Shown piece after piece: positions 17,534-26,489 of a stretch of 64,000 nt of DNA. Location: contig JAWKHR010000036.1 in NCBI GenBank assembly GCA_041394725.1, positions 996-64,995 on the forward strand. The letters run 5' to 3'. The notes below the pieces were generated by a model. The model was not told where the DNA came from and searched no databases. It saw nothing but the letters and a program-made list of their open reading frames with translations. Source of the stretch: Vicinamibacterales bacterium (GTDB taxonomy: Bacteria > Acidobacteriota > Vicinamibacteria > Vicinamibacterales > SCN-69-37). How positions within the stretch are numbered: the stretch's first letter is position 1; the number at the start of each line of letters is the position of its first letter. A program made the position numbers and the translations under genes.

Positions 17534-18502
17534 ATGCCTCATGCTACCACGCTGATTCCGCGGGACTTGGGCCGCCTGCTGCGCGCCGGCACCGACGCCG
17601 TCCGGCGCCTGCTGCCCGCGGCCGTCCGCGGCAGCGTCACCGGCGTGCACCGCGCCCGGGTGGCCTCCCGGCGGCTCCGGGAGCTGCTGCCGGTGGTCGC
17701 CGTGGCGGCCGGGCGTGATGCGCGGGCGGCCCGCCGGTGGCTGCGGCACCTGACGCGGACGCTCGGCGGGGTGCGCGAACTGGACGTCACCCGCGCGCTG
17801 CTGGCTGCCGAGGCGCGGCGGTGGGGCTGGCCGGCGGCGCCGGTGGCGCGCGTCGATCGGGGGCTCGCGCGCGAGCGGGCGGAGCAGCGCCGGCACCTCG
17901 TCGCGCGCGTCCGGCGTCTCGACGCCGCGCCAGGCCTTGCCGCGCTCGACGCGCTCGCCGCGGACGTCGAGGCGGCCGACGACCTCGCGCCGGCGGCCGC
18001 CGCGCTCGGCTCGCGCGTGCATCGCCGCGCGCGCAAGCTGGCCGAGGCCATCGACGCGGCGGGCACGCTCTATGAGCCCGACGCGCTGCACGCGGTGCGC
18101 ATCGCCGGCAAGAAGCTGCGCTACGCGCTCGAGGTCGCGCACGGCGCCGCGCGCCTCCCGCTCGCGGCCGAGGTGCGGCAGCTCAAGGCGCTCCAGGACC
18201 TGCTCGGCGGCCTGCACGACCGCCAGGTGCTGCAGCACCGGCTGCAGGCCGCCATGGCCGCGCCGCGCGCGGACCGCGCGAGCGTGGTTCGCCTCGAGGC
18301 CTGGGTGGCGAGGCTCGAACGCGAGTGCCGCAACCGGCACGCGCGGTTCGTCCGCCGCGCGCCGCGCCTGCGCGACCTGGCCGTGCGGGCGGCCGTCGAA
18401 ACGCCGCTCGCGCTGGTGCCGGCGCGCCCGGGTCGCATGGGCGTGGCCGACGCCACGGGCGTGCGCGACCGCGCGCGTCGCGCGGGCCGGGCGCGGTCGT
18501 GA
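17534..18502 (+). CDS. CHAD domain protein (polyphosphate-granule associated family)
   Basis: Repeated helical motifs VHRARVASRRLRE and LHAVRIAGKKLRYALE typical of CHAD. Sits adjacent to ppx. Confidence 0.8.
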   Translation: MPHATTLIPRDLGRLLRAGTDAVRRLLPAAVRGSVTGVHRARVASRRLRELLPVVAVAAGRDARAARRWLRHLTRTLGGVRELDVTRALLAAEARRWGWPAAPVARVDRGLARERAEQRRHLVARVRRLDAAPGLAALDALAADVEAADDLAPAAAALGSRVHRRARKLAEAIDAAGTLYEPDALHAVRIAGKKLRYALEVAHGAARLPLAAEVRQLKALQDLLGGLHDRQVLQHRLQAAMAAPRADRASVVRLEAWVARLERECRNRHARFVRRAPRLRDLAVRAAVETPLALVPARPGRMGVADATGVRDRARRAGRARS

Positions 18503-19041
18503 TGGGCGGCATGAATTCGGCGCGACGCGCGGCGCACGCCTCGACGGTGCGGCTGTATCTGGTGCGGCACGCGATCGCCGCCGAGCGCGGGCCGGACTGG
18601 CCGGACGACAGCCTGCGCCCGCTGACGCACAAGGGCCGGGCGCGCTTCCGGCAGGTCGTCCAGGGCCTGGCCCGACAGGGCGTGGACGTGGACGTGATCC
18701 TCACGAGCCCGTTCGTCCGCGCCGAGCAGACCGCGCGGCTGCTGGCCGCGGGCATCTCGCCCGAGCCGCTCGTCGAGCTGACCGCCGCACTGGCCCCCGG
18801 ACAGGCGCCCGACGCCGTGATCCGCGCGCTGGAACCGTACGCCGGCTCGACCGGCGTCGCGCTGGTCGGCCACGAGCCGGATCTCGGCCTGCTGGCCGCG
18901 CGGCTCATCGGCGCGACCTATCCGCTCGAGTTCAAGAAGGGGGGCGTGTGCCGGATCGACGTGCCGGGCCTGCCGCCCGCCGCGCACGGCCACCTCGTGT
19001 GGCACGCGACGCCGAAGCTCCTTCGTTCATCCCGGCGCTGA
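18502..19041 (+). CDS. sixA: SixA-type phosphohistidine phosphatase
   Basis: LYLVRHAIA...RPLT.KG...SPFVRAEQTA histidine-phosphatase motifs. The start overlaps the CHAD stop (GTGATG). Confidence 0.75.
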   Translation: MGGMNSARRAAHASTVRLYLVRHAIAAERGPDWPDDSLRPLTHKGRARFRQVVQGLARQGVDVDVILTSPFVRAEQTARLLAAGISPEPLVELTAALAPGQAPDAVIRALEPYAGSTGVALVGHEPDLGLLAARLIGATYPLEFKKGGVCRIDVPGLPPAAHGHLVWHATPKLLRSSRR

Positions 19042-19077
19042 CCGCGCCCGGGCGGCCGGCGAGACGCTGATCGCTGA

Positions 19078-20340
19078 TCAGACGACGGTGCCGGGCTTCA
19101 CGACTCCGCCCTTGGGCACGACGATGATGCCGTTGCGGATGTAGTAGCCGTCGCCGTCCACGTCCTGGATGTTCCGCTCGTTCACCAGCCGCGCGCCCTC
19201 GCCGATCCGCGCGTTCTTGTCCACGATCACGCGATCCAGCACCGCGTTCGGTCCGATCCCGAGCGGCAGCTCGCCCGGCGAGTCCTCGAAGTAGTCCGCA
19301 CCCAGCAGGATCGACCGGCGCACCGTTGCGCCGCGGTGGATCGACGTCCGCACGCCGACCACCGACTGTTCGATCGCGCAGGAGTCGCAGTAGGCGCCCT
19401 CCGCCACCAGGGCGTCGGTGATGCGGCAGTCGTGGATGCGCGCCGCCGGCAGGAAGCGCGGATGCGTGTAGATGGGGCGTCGCGGGTGGAAGAAGCTGAA
19501 CGGCGCGTTGCGCTCCGTCAGCATCAGGTTGACGTCGTAGAACGACGTCACCGTGCCGACGTCGGCCCAGAAGCCGTCGAACATGTACGGGTGGACGCGG
19601 TGGGTGCCGAGCGCCTGCGGGATGATCTCCTTGCCGAAGTCCACCGCGCGGCTGCGCGCCAGGACCTCGCGCAGCACGTCGCGCGAGAAGACGTAGATCC
19701 CCATCGACGCCAGGAACGGCTTCTCGGCGCTCAGCCGCACCGCCGGCGACTGGCGCGGGGCGCTCGACCCGATCTCGGCCAGGCGGGCTTCGTCCGGCTT
19801 CTCCTCGAAGCCGGTGATCTGGCCCGACCCGTCGAAGAGGAAGATGCCCATCTGCGTCGCGTCGGACGGCGTGACCGGCTGGGCGGCGACGGTGATGTCG
19901 GCGTTGCGTTCGGCGTGGGCCTCGATGAGTTCGGCCAGGTCCATGCGGTAGACGTGATCGCCGGCGAGGATCAGGTAGTACTCCGCCTCGATGTTGCGGA
20001 AGTGCCGGGCGGCACGGCGCACCGCGTCGGCCGTGCCCTGGAACCACTGCTCGCCCTCGGGCGTCTGTTCGGCGGCCAGCACCTCGACGAATCCGTCCGA
20101 GAACAGGTCCAGGCGGTAGGTCTGCGCGATGTGCCGGTTGAGCGACGCCGAGTTGTACTGCGTCAGCACGTAGATCCGCTCGAGGCCCGCGTGCAGGCAG
20201 TTGCTGAGCGGGATGTCGATCAGCCGGTACTTGCCGCCGATCGGCACCGCCGGCTTCGATCGCAGGTGGGTGAGCGGGAAGAGCCGGGTGCCGCGACCGC
20301 CGCCGAGGATGATCGTCAGGACGTCGTTCATCGCGGTCAT
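19078..20340 (-). CDS. glgC: Glucose-1-phosphate adenylyltransferase
   Basis: ILGGGRGTRLFPLT..RSKPAVPIGGKYRLIDIPLSNC and a left-handed beta-helix C-terminus. The start is taken at MTAMNDV. Confidence 0.9.
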   Translation of the reverse strand: MTAMNDVLTIILGGGRGTRLFPLTHLRSKPAVPIGGKYRLIDIPLSNCLHAGLERIYVLTQYNSASLNRHIAQTYRLDLFSDGFVEVLAAEQTPEGEQWFQGTADAVRRAARHFRNIEAEYYLILAGDHVYRMDLAELIEAHAERNADITVAAQPVTPSDATQMGIFLFDGSGQITGFEEKPDEARLAEIGSSAPRQSPAVRLSAEKPFLASMGIYVFSRDVLREVLARSRAVDFGKEIIPQALGTHRVHPYMFDGFWADVGTVTSFYDVNLMLTERNAPFSFFHPRRPIYTHPRFLPAARIHDCRITDALVAEGAYCDSCAIEQSVVGVRTSIHRGATVRRSILLGADYFEDSPGELPLGIGPNAVLDRVIVDKNARIGEGARLVNERNIQDVDGDGYYIRNGIIVVPKGGVVKPGTVV

Positions 20341-20650
20341 TCTACGCGACGGACGGACGTGACCCGTCTCCGGATCTCTTTTTACGGCGCCGTGATCCCG
20401 CCGATACGGCGTCGTCACGAGCCCGTGCGAGAGTGAAGGTGTCGTCGGCGTCAGCCGGTGGCCGGTCGAGGGCGGGTGCGCCGCGGGCAGGATGTTCCGC
20501 GCCGCGACCCGAGGGTGCCTCGCCGTCCACCGCCTGCCGCCGGCGGTCCCCGCCCACGACGTCGTCGCTTCCTCCCAGCCATCATCCTTCGCCGACGCGT
20601 TCCCGGCCGCGCCGTTCACGAGATCGCGTCGAGGCCGCGCGCCCGCACTC

Positions 20651-20668
20651 GTCACCCACCGTTAACCC
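20651..20668 (+). promoter_or_regulatory. Pho-box-like site GTCACCC-ACCG-TTAACCC upstream of the TonB receptor/phytase operon
   Basis: Same 7+4+7 architecture as the other sites, about 90 nt upstream of the ATG at 20759. More degenerate than the best sites. Confidence 0.4.
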
Positions 20669-20758
20669 GTCCGTCGCGCCGCCGTGATGCGCGTTCCCGA
20701 TCATGGGCGCGGACGTCCGGACGCACGGTCCGGCCGCCAACCACAGAGGGGACGACAG

Positions 20759-23470
20759 ATGACGCGAGTGCTGAGGGGAATGCTGGTCGCCGCGCTGCTG
20801 CTGGCCGGTGTCGCACCGGCCGGGGCGCAGGGCGCCGGGACGGGCATCGTGACCGGGAAGGTGACCGACCAGCAGGGCGCGCCGCTGCCCGGCGCGCTGA
20901 TCCGGGTCGAGGGAACGCCGCTCGTGACGGCGTCCGAGCGGACGGGCGACTTCCGCCTGACCGGCGTGCCCGCCGGCGATCGGAAGATCGTGGTGAGCTT
21001 CCTCGGGCGCGGCGAGAAGTCGTCCGCCGTGACGGTCGTCGCCGGCCGGGCCGTCACCGTGGACGTGACGCTCGACGCGGACCTGAACTACAGCGAGACG
21101 GTGACGGTGCAGGGCGACCAGACGATCGCCGAGGGCCAGGCGCGGGCGCTCAACCAGCAGCGCACGGCGCTCAACATCACCAACGTGGTCGCGTCCGACC
21201 AGATCGGGAGCTTCCCGGACCCGAACGCGGCCGAAGCCGCGTCGCGCATCCCCGGCCTGTCGATCGCCCGCGACCAGGGCGAGGGCCGGTACGTGCTGAT
21301 CCGTGGCACCGAGCCGCGCCTGAACTCGATGCTGATCGACGGCGAGCGGATCCCGGCGCCCGAGGGCGACGTCCGGCAGGTCGCGCTCGACGCGGTTCCC
21401 GCCGACCAGCTCCAGGCCATCGAGGTCTCGAAGGCGGTGACGCCCGACATGGACGCCGACTCGATCGGCGGCGCCGTGAACCTCATCACGAAGCAGGCCG
21501 TGGGCCGGCCGACGCTCCTGTTCTCGGCCGCCGGCGGCTACAACGCGCTCCAGCGGAGCGGCGACCAGCAGCAGTTCTCGGGCACGGCCGGCGCGCGGTT
21601 CGGCGGCGGTCGGATCGGGCTGCTGGCCGGGTTCAGCGGATCCTCCCTCCATCGCGGGTCGGAGGACTTCGAGCCGGCGTACGACGACGGGGACCTCGAC
21701 GACCTGCAGCTGCGCGACTACCAGATCCACCGGCAGCGCTACGGCTTCAACCTCACGGGCGACATCAAGGCGGGCCCGACCAGCCTGTTCACGATCAAGG
21801 GCATCTTCAACGAGTTCAAGGACTACGAGATCAACAACCGCCTCCGCTACCGGCCCGGCAACCGCCGGATCGAGCACGTCCTGAAGAACCGGAACCAGAA
21901 CGAGCACATCCGGTCGCTGTCGTTCGGCGGCCAGCACACGCTGCAGAACGGCACCGCCTTCGACTACAAGCTCGCGTGGGCGTCGTCGGAGGAGAACCAG
22001 CCGGATCGGCTCGACACGATCTTCCGCCAGACCGGGATCGACTTCTCGCCCAACGTCTCGGCCGACTTCATCGACCCGGAGAACATCCAGGCCAATCCGT
22101 CGGCCAACGACCCGTCGAAGGCGAAGCTGAACGCCTGGGAGGCCGAGATCTTCGACACGACCGACCGCGACGTGACCGCCTCGTTCAACTACCAGCGGCC
22201 GCTGCGCACGGGGGCGTCGAACGCGATCTTCCTGAAGCTGGGTGCCAAGGTGAAGGACAAGGCCAAGCAGCGCGACAACCAGCTGCTCGTGGGTGAGCCG
22301 ACGAGCACGGTCCTCTTCCCGCAGCTCCAGGACACCAGCTTCGACAACAGCCGGTACCTCGACTTCTTCCCGGCCGGCTACCCGTCGTTTCCCGGCATCG
22401 ACCCCGCCGCGTCGCGGGCGGCATACAACGCCCTGCCGCCGGGCGCGATCGAGATCGACCACGAGGGGGACGCCGAGACCTACGACGCGAGCGAGACCGT
22501 CGCGGCGGCCTACGCGATGCTCCAGATCTACGCCGGGCCGCGCCTGACGATCCTGCCGGGCTTCCGGTTCGAGAACACGAAGGTGGACTACACCGGGTAC
22601 GAGGTCCTGTACAACGACGACGGGGACTACGAGTCCACGCGGCCGGTGAGCGGCGGCGATACGAACGGCTTCTTCCTGCCGGGCTTCCACCTGCGCTACG
22701 CGATCGACGACGCGACGAACGTCCGCGCCGCCTACACGCGCACGCTGGCGCGGCCGAACTACTACGACCTGGTGCCCTACCAGCTCGTCTTCCAGGAGGA
22801 CGGCGACATCGAGCGGGGGAACCCGACGCTGAAGCCGACCGTGTCGAACAACCTCGACTTCCTGGTCGAGCACTACTTCGAGTCGGTCGGCATCATCTCC
22901 GGCGGCGTGTTCTACAAGAACCTGAACGACTACATCTACGTGTTCCGCAGCCAGGAGCAGGCGTTCGGGTCGCTCTACGCGGTCACGCAGCCGCAGAACG
23001 GCGAGAGCGCGAGCCTGTGGGGCCTGGAGCTGGCGTTCCAGAACCAGCTCCGGTTCCTGCCCGGACCGCTCGACGGCATCGGGGTCTACGTCAACTACAC
23101 GCTGACCGACTCGTCGGCCTCGTTCCCGGAGCGCCTCGAGGACGCCACGCTGCCCGGCCAGTCGCGCCACGTCGGCAACGTCGCGATCTCCTATGAGAAG
23201 CGCGGGTTCTCGGCGCGCGCGTCGTGGAACTTCCACGGGAAGTACATCGACGAGGTGGGCGAGGACGCGAGCGGCGACGTGTACTACGACAACCACACGC
23301 AGCTCGACCTGCACGTGAGCCAGCGCCTGACGCGGAACATCCGCGCCTACGCCGACTTCCTCAACCTCACGAACGCGCCGCTGCGCTACTACATCGGTTC
23401 GACGAACCGGCCGATCCAGCAGGAGTACTATCGCTGGTGGACCGCGTTCGGCGTGAAGATGAACTGGTAG
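20759..23470 (+). CDS. TonB-dependent receptor with N-terminal CarboxypepD_reg domain
   Basis: Signal peptide, carboxypeptidase-regulatory-like domain, plug region (ITNVVASDQIGSFPD), a long beta-barrel and a C-terminal aromatic residue (MNW). GAGGGGA RBS. Confidence 0.9.
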   Translation: MTRVLRGMLVAALLLAGVAPAGAQGAGTGIVTGKVTDQQGAPLPGALIRVEGTPLVTASERTGDFRLTGVPAGDRKIVVSFLGRGEKSSAVTVVAGRAVTVDVTLDADLNYSETVTVQGDQTIAEGQARALNQQRTALNITNVVASDQIGSFPDPNAAEAASRIPGLSIARDQGEGRYVLIRGTEPRLNSMLIDGERIPAPEGDVRQVALDAVPADQLQAIEVSKAVTPDMDADSIGGAVNLITKQAVGRPTLLFSAAGGYNALQRSGDQQQFSGTAGARFGGGRIGLLAGFSGSSLHRGSEDFEPAYDDGDLDDLQLRDYQIHRQRYGFNLTGDIKAGPTSLFTIKGIFNEFKDYEINNRLRYRPGNRRIEHVLKNRNQNEHIRSLSFGGQHTLQNGTAFDYKLAWASSEENQPDRLDTIFRQTGIDFSPNVSADFIDPENIQANPSANDPSKAKLNAWEAEIFDTTDRDVTASFNYQRPLRTGASNAIFLKLGAKVKDKAKQRDNQLLVGEPTSTVLFPQLQDTSFDNSRYLDFFPAGYPSFPGIDPAASRAAYNALPPGAIEIDHEGDAETYDASETVAAAYAMLQIYAGPRLTILPGFRFENTKVDYTGYEVLYNDDGDYESTRPVSGGDTNGFFLPGFHLRYAIDDATNVRAAYTRTLARPNYYDLVPYQLVFQEDGDIERGNPTLKPTVSNNLDFLVEHYFESVGIISGGVFYKNLNDYIYVFRSQEQAFGSLYAVTQPQNGESASLWGLELAFQNQLRFLPGPLDGIGVYVNYTLTDSSASFPERLEDATLPGQSRHVGNVAISYEKRGFSARASWNFHGKYIDEVGEDASGDVYYDNHTQLDLHVSQRLTRNIRAYADFLNLTNAPLRYYIGSTNRPIQQEYYRWWTAFGVKMNW

Positions 23471-23577
23471 GTTCGCCGGGGGCCGGGTCGCGGGACCCGG
23501 CCCCCGGTTCGTTCCCGCCCCGGAGGCGCCATCCCGCCTCCTTCCCGCACCGTGTCGCACCGCTCGGAGGCCTCGCC

Positions 23578-24754
23578 ATGTCTGTCACCCCCGGATTGCC
23601 GGCGCCCCGTCGCGGCCGCCGCCTGGTCGTCGTGCTCGCCGCCGGCCTCGTCGCCTCGTGCGGCCGGGCGGTACCCGCGGACGAGCCGGCCGCGCCCGCG
23701 TCGTCCGCGGCGTCCGCGGCCGTCATCCTCCACGACGGCCGGCCCGATCGCGCCCGCGCTTGCCACCGAGGCCGTCCCGGACGACCCGGACGACCCCGCC
23801 GTGTGGCGGCATCCGACGGCGCCCGCCCGCAGCCTGATCCTCGGTACCAACAAGATTGCCGCGCCCGGCGGCGCGCTCGTCGTCTTCGGCCTCGACGGCC
23901 GGATCCGCCAGACGATCGCCGGTCTCGACCGCCCGAACAACGTGGACGTCGAGTACGGCCTCGCGCTGGGCGACCGCCGCGTGGACGTGGCCATCGTCAC
24001 CGAACGCCTGCAGCACCGCCTGCGCCTGTTTGCCATCGACGCCGACACGGGGCAGCTCTCCGATCTCGCGTCCGTGCCCGTGCTCGAGGGTGAGACCGGG
24101 GACCGCGCCGAGCCGATGGGCATCGCGGCCTACCGGCGTCCCGCCGACGGCGCCGTGTTCGCGATCGTGGCGCCGAAGGGCGGGGGGCCGACCGGCTACC
24201 TCGCGCAGTACCGGCTCGAGGGCCACGCCGATGGCACCGTGACCGGCACGCTGGTGCGGCGGTTCGGGCACTTCTCCGAGCGCGGACCGGCCCCCGGCGA
24301 AGCGGGCGAGATCGAGGCCGTCGTCGTCGACGATGCGCTCGGCTGGGTGTATTACGCGGATGAACGTTACGGGATTCACAAGTGGGCCGCGGATCCGGAT
24401 TCGCCGGACGCGGGCCGCGAGCTGGCGGTCTTCGGGCTCGAGGGCTACGAGCGCGATCGCGAGGGGCTGGCGATCTACGCCCGACCGGACGGCACGGGCT
24501 ACCTGGTGTCGGTGGATCAGATCCCGGGCGGGTCGATCCTGCGTGTCTACCGCCGCGAGGGCCGCCCTGGCGCGCCGCACGACCACTCGGAGGTGGTCGG
24601 GGTGATCCGCACCCCGGCCGACGAGACCGACGGTCTGGACGTCGCCTCGGAGGCCTTCCCGGGCTTCCCGCACGGGCTCGTCGTGATGATGAACAGCGGT
24701 CCCCGCGACTTCCTCGTTTTCGATTGGGAGGCGGTCGGAACGGGCCTGAAATGA
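23578..24754 (+). pseudogene. Beta-propeller phytase (3-phytase); lipoprotein signal peptide in a different frame from the mature domain as assembled
   Basis: The mature part (DDPDDPAVW...GTNK...LVVFGLDG...NNVDV...EIEAVVVDD...DREGLAIY...DETDGLDV) is in frame 2. MSVTPGLPAPRRGRRLVVVLAAGLVASCG starts at 23578 in frame 1. The frame change lies between about 23665 and 23762. Confidence 0.75.
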
Positions 24755-24768
24755 GGGCCTTCCGTCCT

Positions 24769-24786
24769 GTTACACAGAGTTTACAC
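24769..24786 (+). promoter_or_regulatory. Pho-box-like direct repeat GTTACAC-AGAG-TTTACAC
   Basis: 7+4+7 direct repeat 60 nt upstream of the small ORF at 24846. Confidence 0.5.
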
Positions 24787-24845
24787 AGGCCCGAAGGCGC
24801 ACTGGGGTATTGATCGTGACGCACGCCCGCAAGGAGTCCTACATC

Positions 24846-25055
24846 ATGTTTTCCCGTGAACGCGTCGAGGCCGGCCACACGCATCGTTTCACCGTCACGC
24901 GTGGCGAGGTCGGCTGGGACGTGCGTGAAGAGCGCGACAGCGAGATCGTCAAGGAGATCACGTACAGCGATTGGCACCGCGTGGAGCGGGCCATGATGGT
25001 CTTCGAGCTCGGTGACCAGCTGGCGGCGGCCCGGGCGGGCTCCGCCGTCTCGTAG
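24846..25055 (+). CDS. Small hypothetical protein (69 aa)
   Basis: Canonical AAGGAG Shine-Dalgarno about 9 nt upstream of the ATG at 24846. Non-repetitive composition (MFSRERVEAGHTHRFTVTRGEVGWDVREE...). A Pho-box-like site lies upstream. Confidence 0.45.
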   Translation: MFSRERVEAGHTHRFTVTRGEVGWDVREERDSEIVKEITYSDWHRVERAMMVFELGDQLAAARAGSAVS

Positions 25056-25065
25056 CGGACCGGCC

Positions 25066-25782
25066 TCAGTCGGCCGGCGCCGAGCCCGCGGTCGGCTCGA
25101 CGAACCGGTAGCCCAGCCCCACGACCGTCTCGATCTGCTGCCCGGCCGGGCCGAGCTTGGCCCGCAGGCGGCCGACGTGCACGTCCACCGATCGCGTCTC
25201 GATGAACCGGTCGTAGCCCCACACCCGCTCCAGCAGGCGGTCGCGCGACAGCACGCGATTCCGGTTCTCCACCAGGCACTTCAACAGCTCGAACTCCCGG
25301 CGCGTGAGCTTCACGGGCTGGCCGTCAACGGCCACCTGGACGGCGTCGAAGTCGGCGAACAGGTGCGCGTCATGGTAGGGCAGCGGCGTCGGCTCGCCCG
25401 TCTGCCGCCGGCGGAGCACCGCGCGGACGCGGGCGGAGAGCTCGCGCAGGCTGAAGGGCTTGGTGACGTAGTCGTCGGCGCCCATGTCGAGGCCGGCGAC
25501 GCGGTCGGCCTCGGCGACCTTGGCGGTGAGCATGATGATGGGCAGCTGCGCCGTGCGGGGCTTGGACCGCACGAGGCGGCAGACCTCGAGCCCGCTGATC
25601 TGCGGCAGGTTCAGGTCCAGGATCATCAGGTCGGGCGTGCGGGCCGAGACGGCCTGCAGCGCCAGGTCGCCGGTCGAGGCGATTTCGACGCTCGTGTCGC
25701 CCTCGCGCTCCAGCGTGTGCTTGATCAGGCCGGCGATGTCGGCTTCGTCCTCGACGACCAGGATGCGGGTCTGTGATGGCAC
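25066..25782 (-). CDS. OmpR/PhoB-family response regulator (no adjacent kinase)
   Basis: Receiver domain (ILVVEDE...DLMILDLNLP...MLTAK) plus a winged-helix output domain (RSVDVHVGRLRAKL...GLGYRF). Confidence 0.9.
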   Translation of the reverse strand: MPSQTRILVVEDEADIAGLIKHTLEREGDTSVEIASTGDLALQAVSARTPDLMILDLNLPQISGLEVCRLVRSKPRTAQLPIIMLTAKVAEADRVAGLDMGADDYVTKPFSLRELSARVRAVLRRRQTGEPTPLPYHDAHLFADFDAVQVAVDGQPVKLTRREFELLKCLVENRNRVLSRDRLLERVWGYDRFIETRSVDVHVGRLRAKLGPAGQQIETVVGLGYRFVEPTAGSAPAD

Positions 25783-25878
25783 TCCCAGGACTCCTCGCGT
25801 GCCGGCAGTCCGCCGCGCGGCGGGCCGGGACGCTGCACCCTCAGGCTATGGGGCCGGCGTTTCCCGGTCGTATCGGGC

Positions 25879-25896
25879 CGGTTAAATGTCGGTTAC
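25879..25896 (-). promoter_or_regulatory. Pho-box-like site GTAACCG-ACAT-TTAACCG (gene orientation) upstream of the orphan response regulator
   Basis: 7+4+7 direct repeat, AT-rich, about 100 nt upstream of the start at 25782. Confidence 0.4.
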
Positions 25897-25911
25897 GTCG
25901 CCCGCGGACGG

Positions 25912-26478
25912 TCAGTCCACGATGTAGCTGTAGACCTTCCACTGTCCGCCCGCCTCGAGGAGGGAACCGAACAGGCGCAGGTCCTCCGTCCGGCCGTCCG
26001 CGTGGCGGACCGAGACGACGGTCTTGGCGTGGATGCGGAACGTGCCGTAGTCGGTGGTGGCGCCGAGAAAACGCACGCGCTCCACGGTCATCGGCTGCCC
26101 GCCGTAGTCCTCGAGCGCCTGGCCGAGGTAGCCGCGGCTCTTCGTGTGCGTGTCGCTCCAGACGTAGTCGGGCGGCATGCCGAACTCGGGTCGGGACGTC
26201 GGCAGCGCCGGCCACACCGTGTCCATGAATTCGTCCTCGGAGACGGCCAGCGCCTCGAGGGTCGTGACGTCGCGCGTGGCCAGGGCCCGCACCACGGCCT
26301 CGGCCGCGGCGTGCTCGGAGGGCTGCAGGTGGGCGAACCGCGAGGCTCCGCCGCCACAGCCGGCGGCGACGGCCATCGCCGCGACGACGGACAGGAGGAC
26401 CGAGCGGAGGCTGAACAGGAGCGTGGGAGCCACCCAGGGGTCGAGGTGGCTCCCACGCGTCGTGCGGAGGCAGGGCAT
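25912..26478 (-). CDS. Hypothetical lipoprotein, last gene of the TonB receptor operon
   Basis: Lipobox AVAAGC after a hydrophobic stretch. An alternative GTG start at 26433 lies inside the hairpin at 26423-26456. Confidence 0.5.
   Translation of the reverse strand: MPCLRTTRGSHLDPWVAPTLLFSLRSVLLSVVAAMAVAAGCGGGASRFAHLQPSEHAAAEAVVRALATRDVTTLEALAVSEDEFMDTVWPALPTSRPEFGMPPDYVWSDTHTKSRGYLGQALEDYGGQPMTVERVRFLGATTDYGTFRIHAKTVVSVRHADGRTEDLRLFGSLLEAGGQWKVYSYIVD
26423..26456 (-). other. 11-bp perfect hairpin GTGGGAGCCAC-N12-GTGGCTCCCAC between the beta-helix gene and the lipoprotein gene
   Basis: Perfect inverted repeat read directly. One arm contains the candidate GTG start of the lipoprotein gene. 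Confidence 0.5.
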
Positions 26479-26489
26479 TCGGGTCGGAC

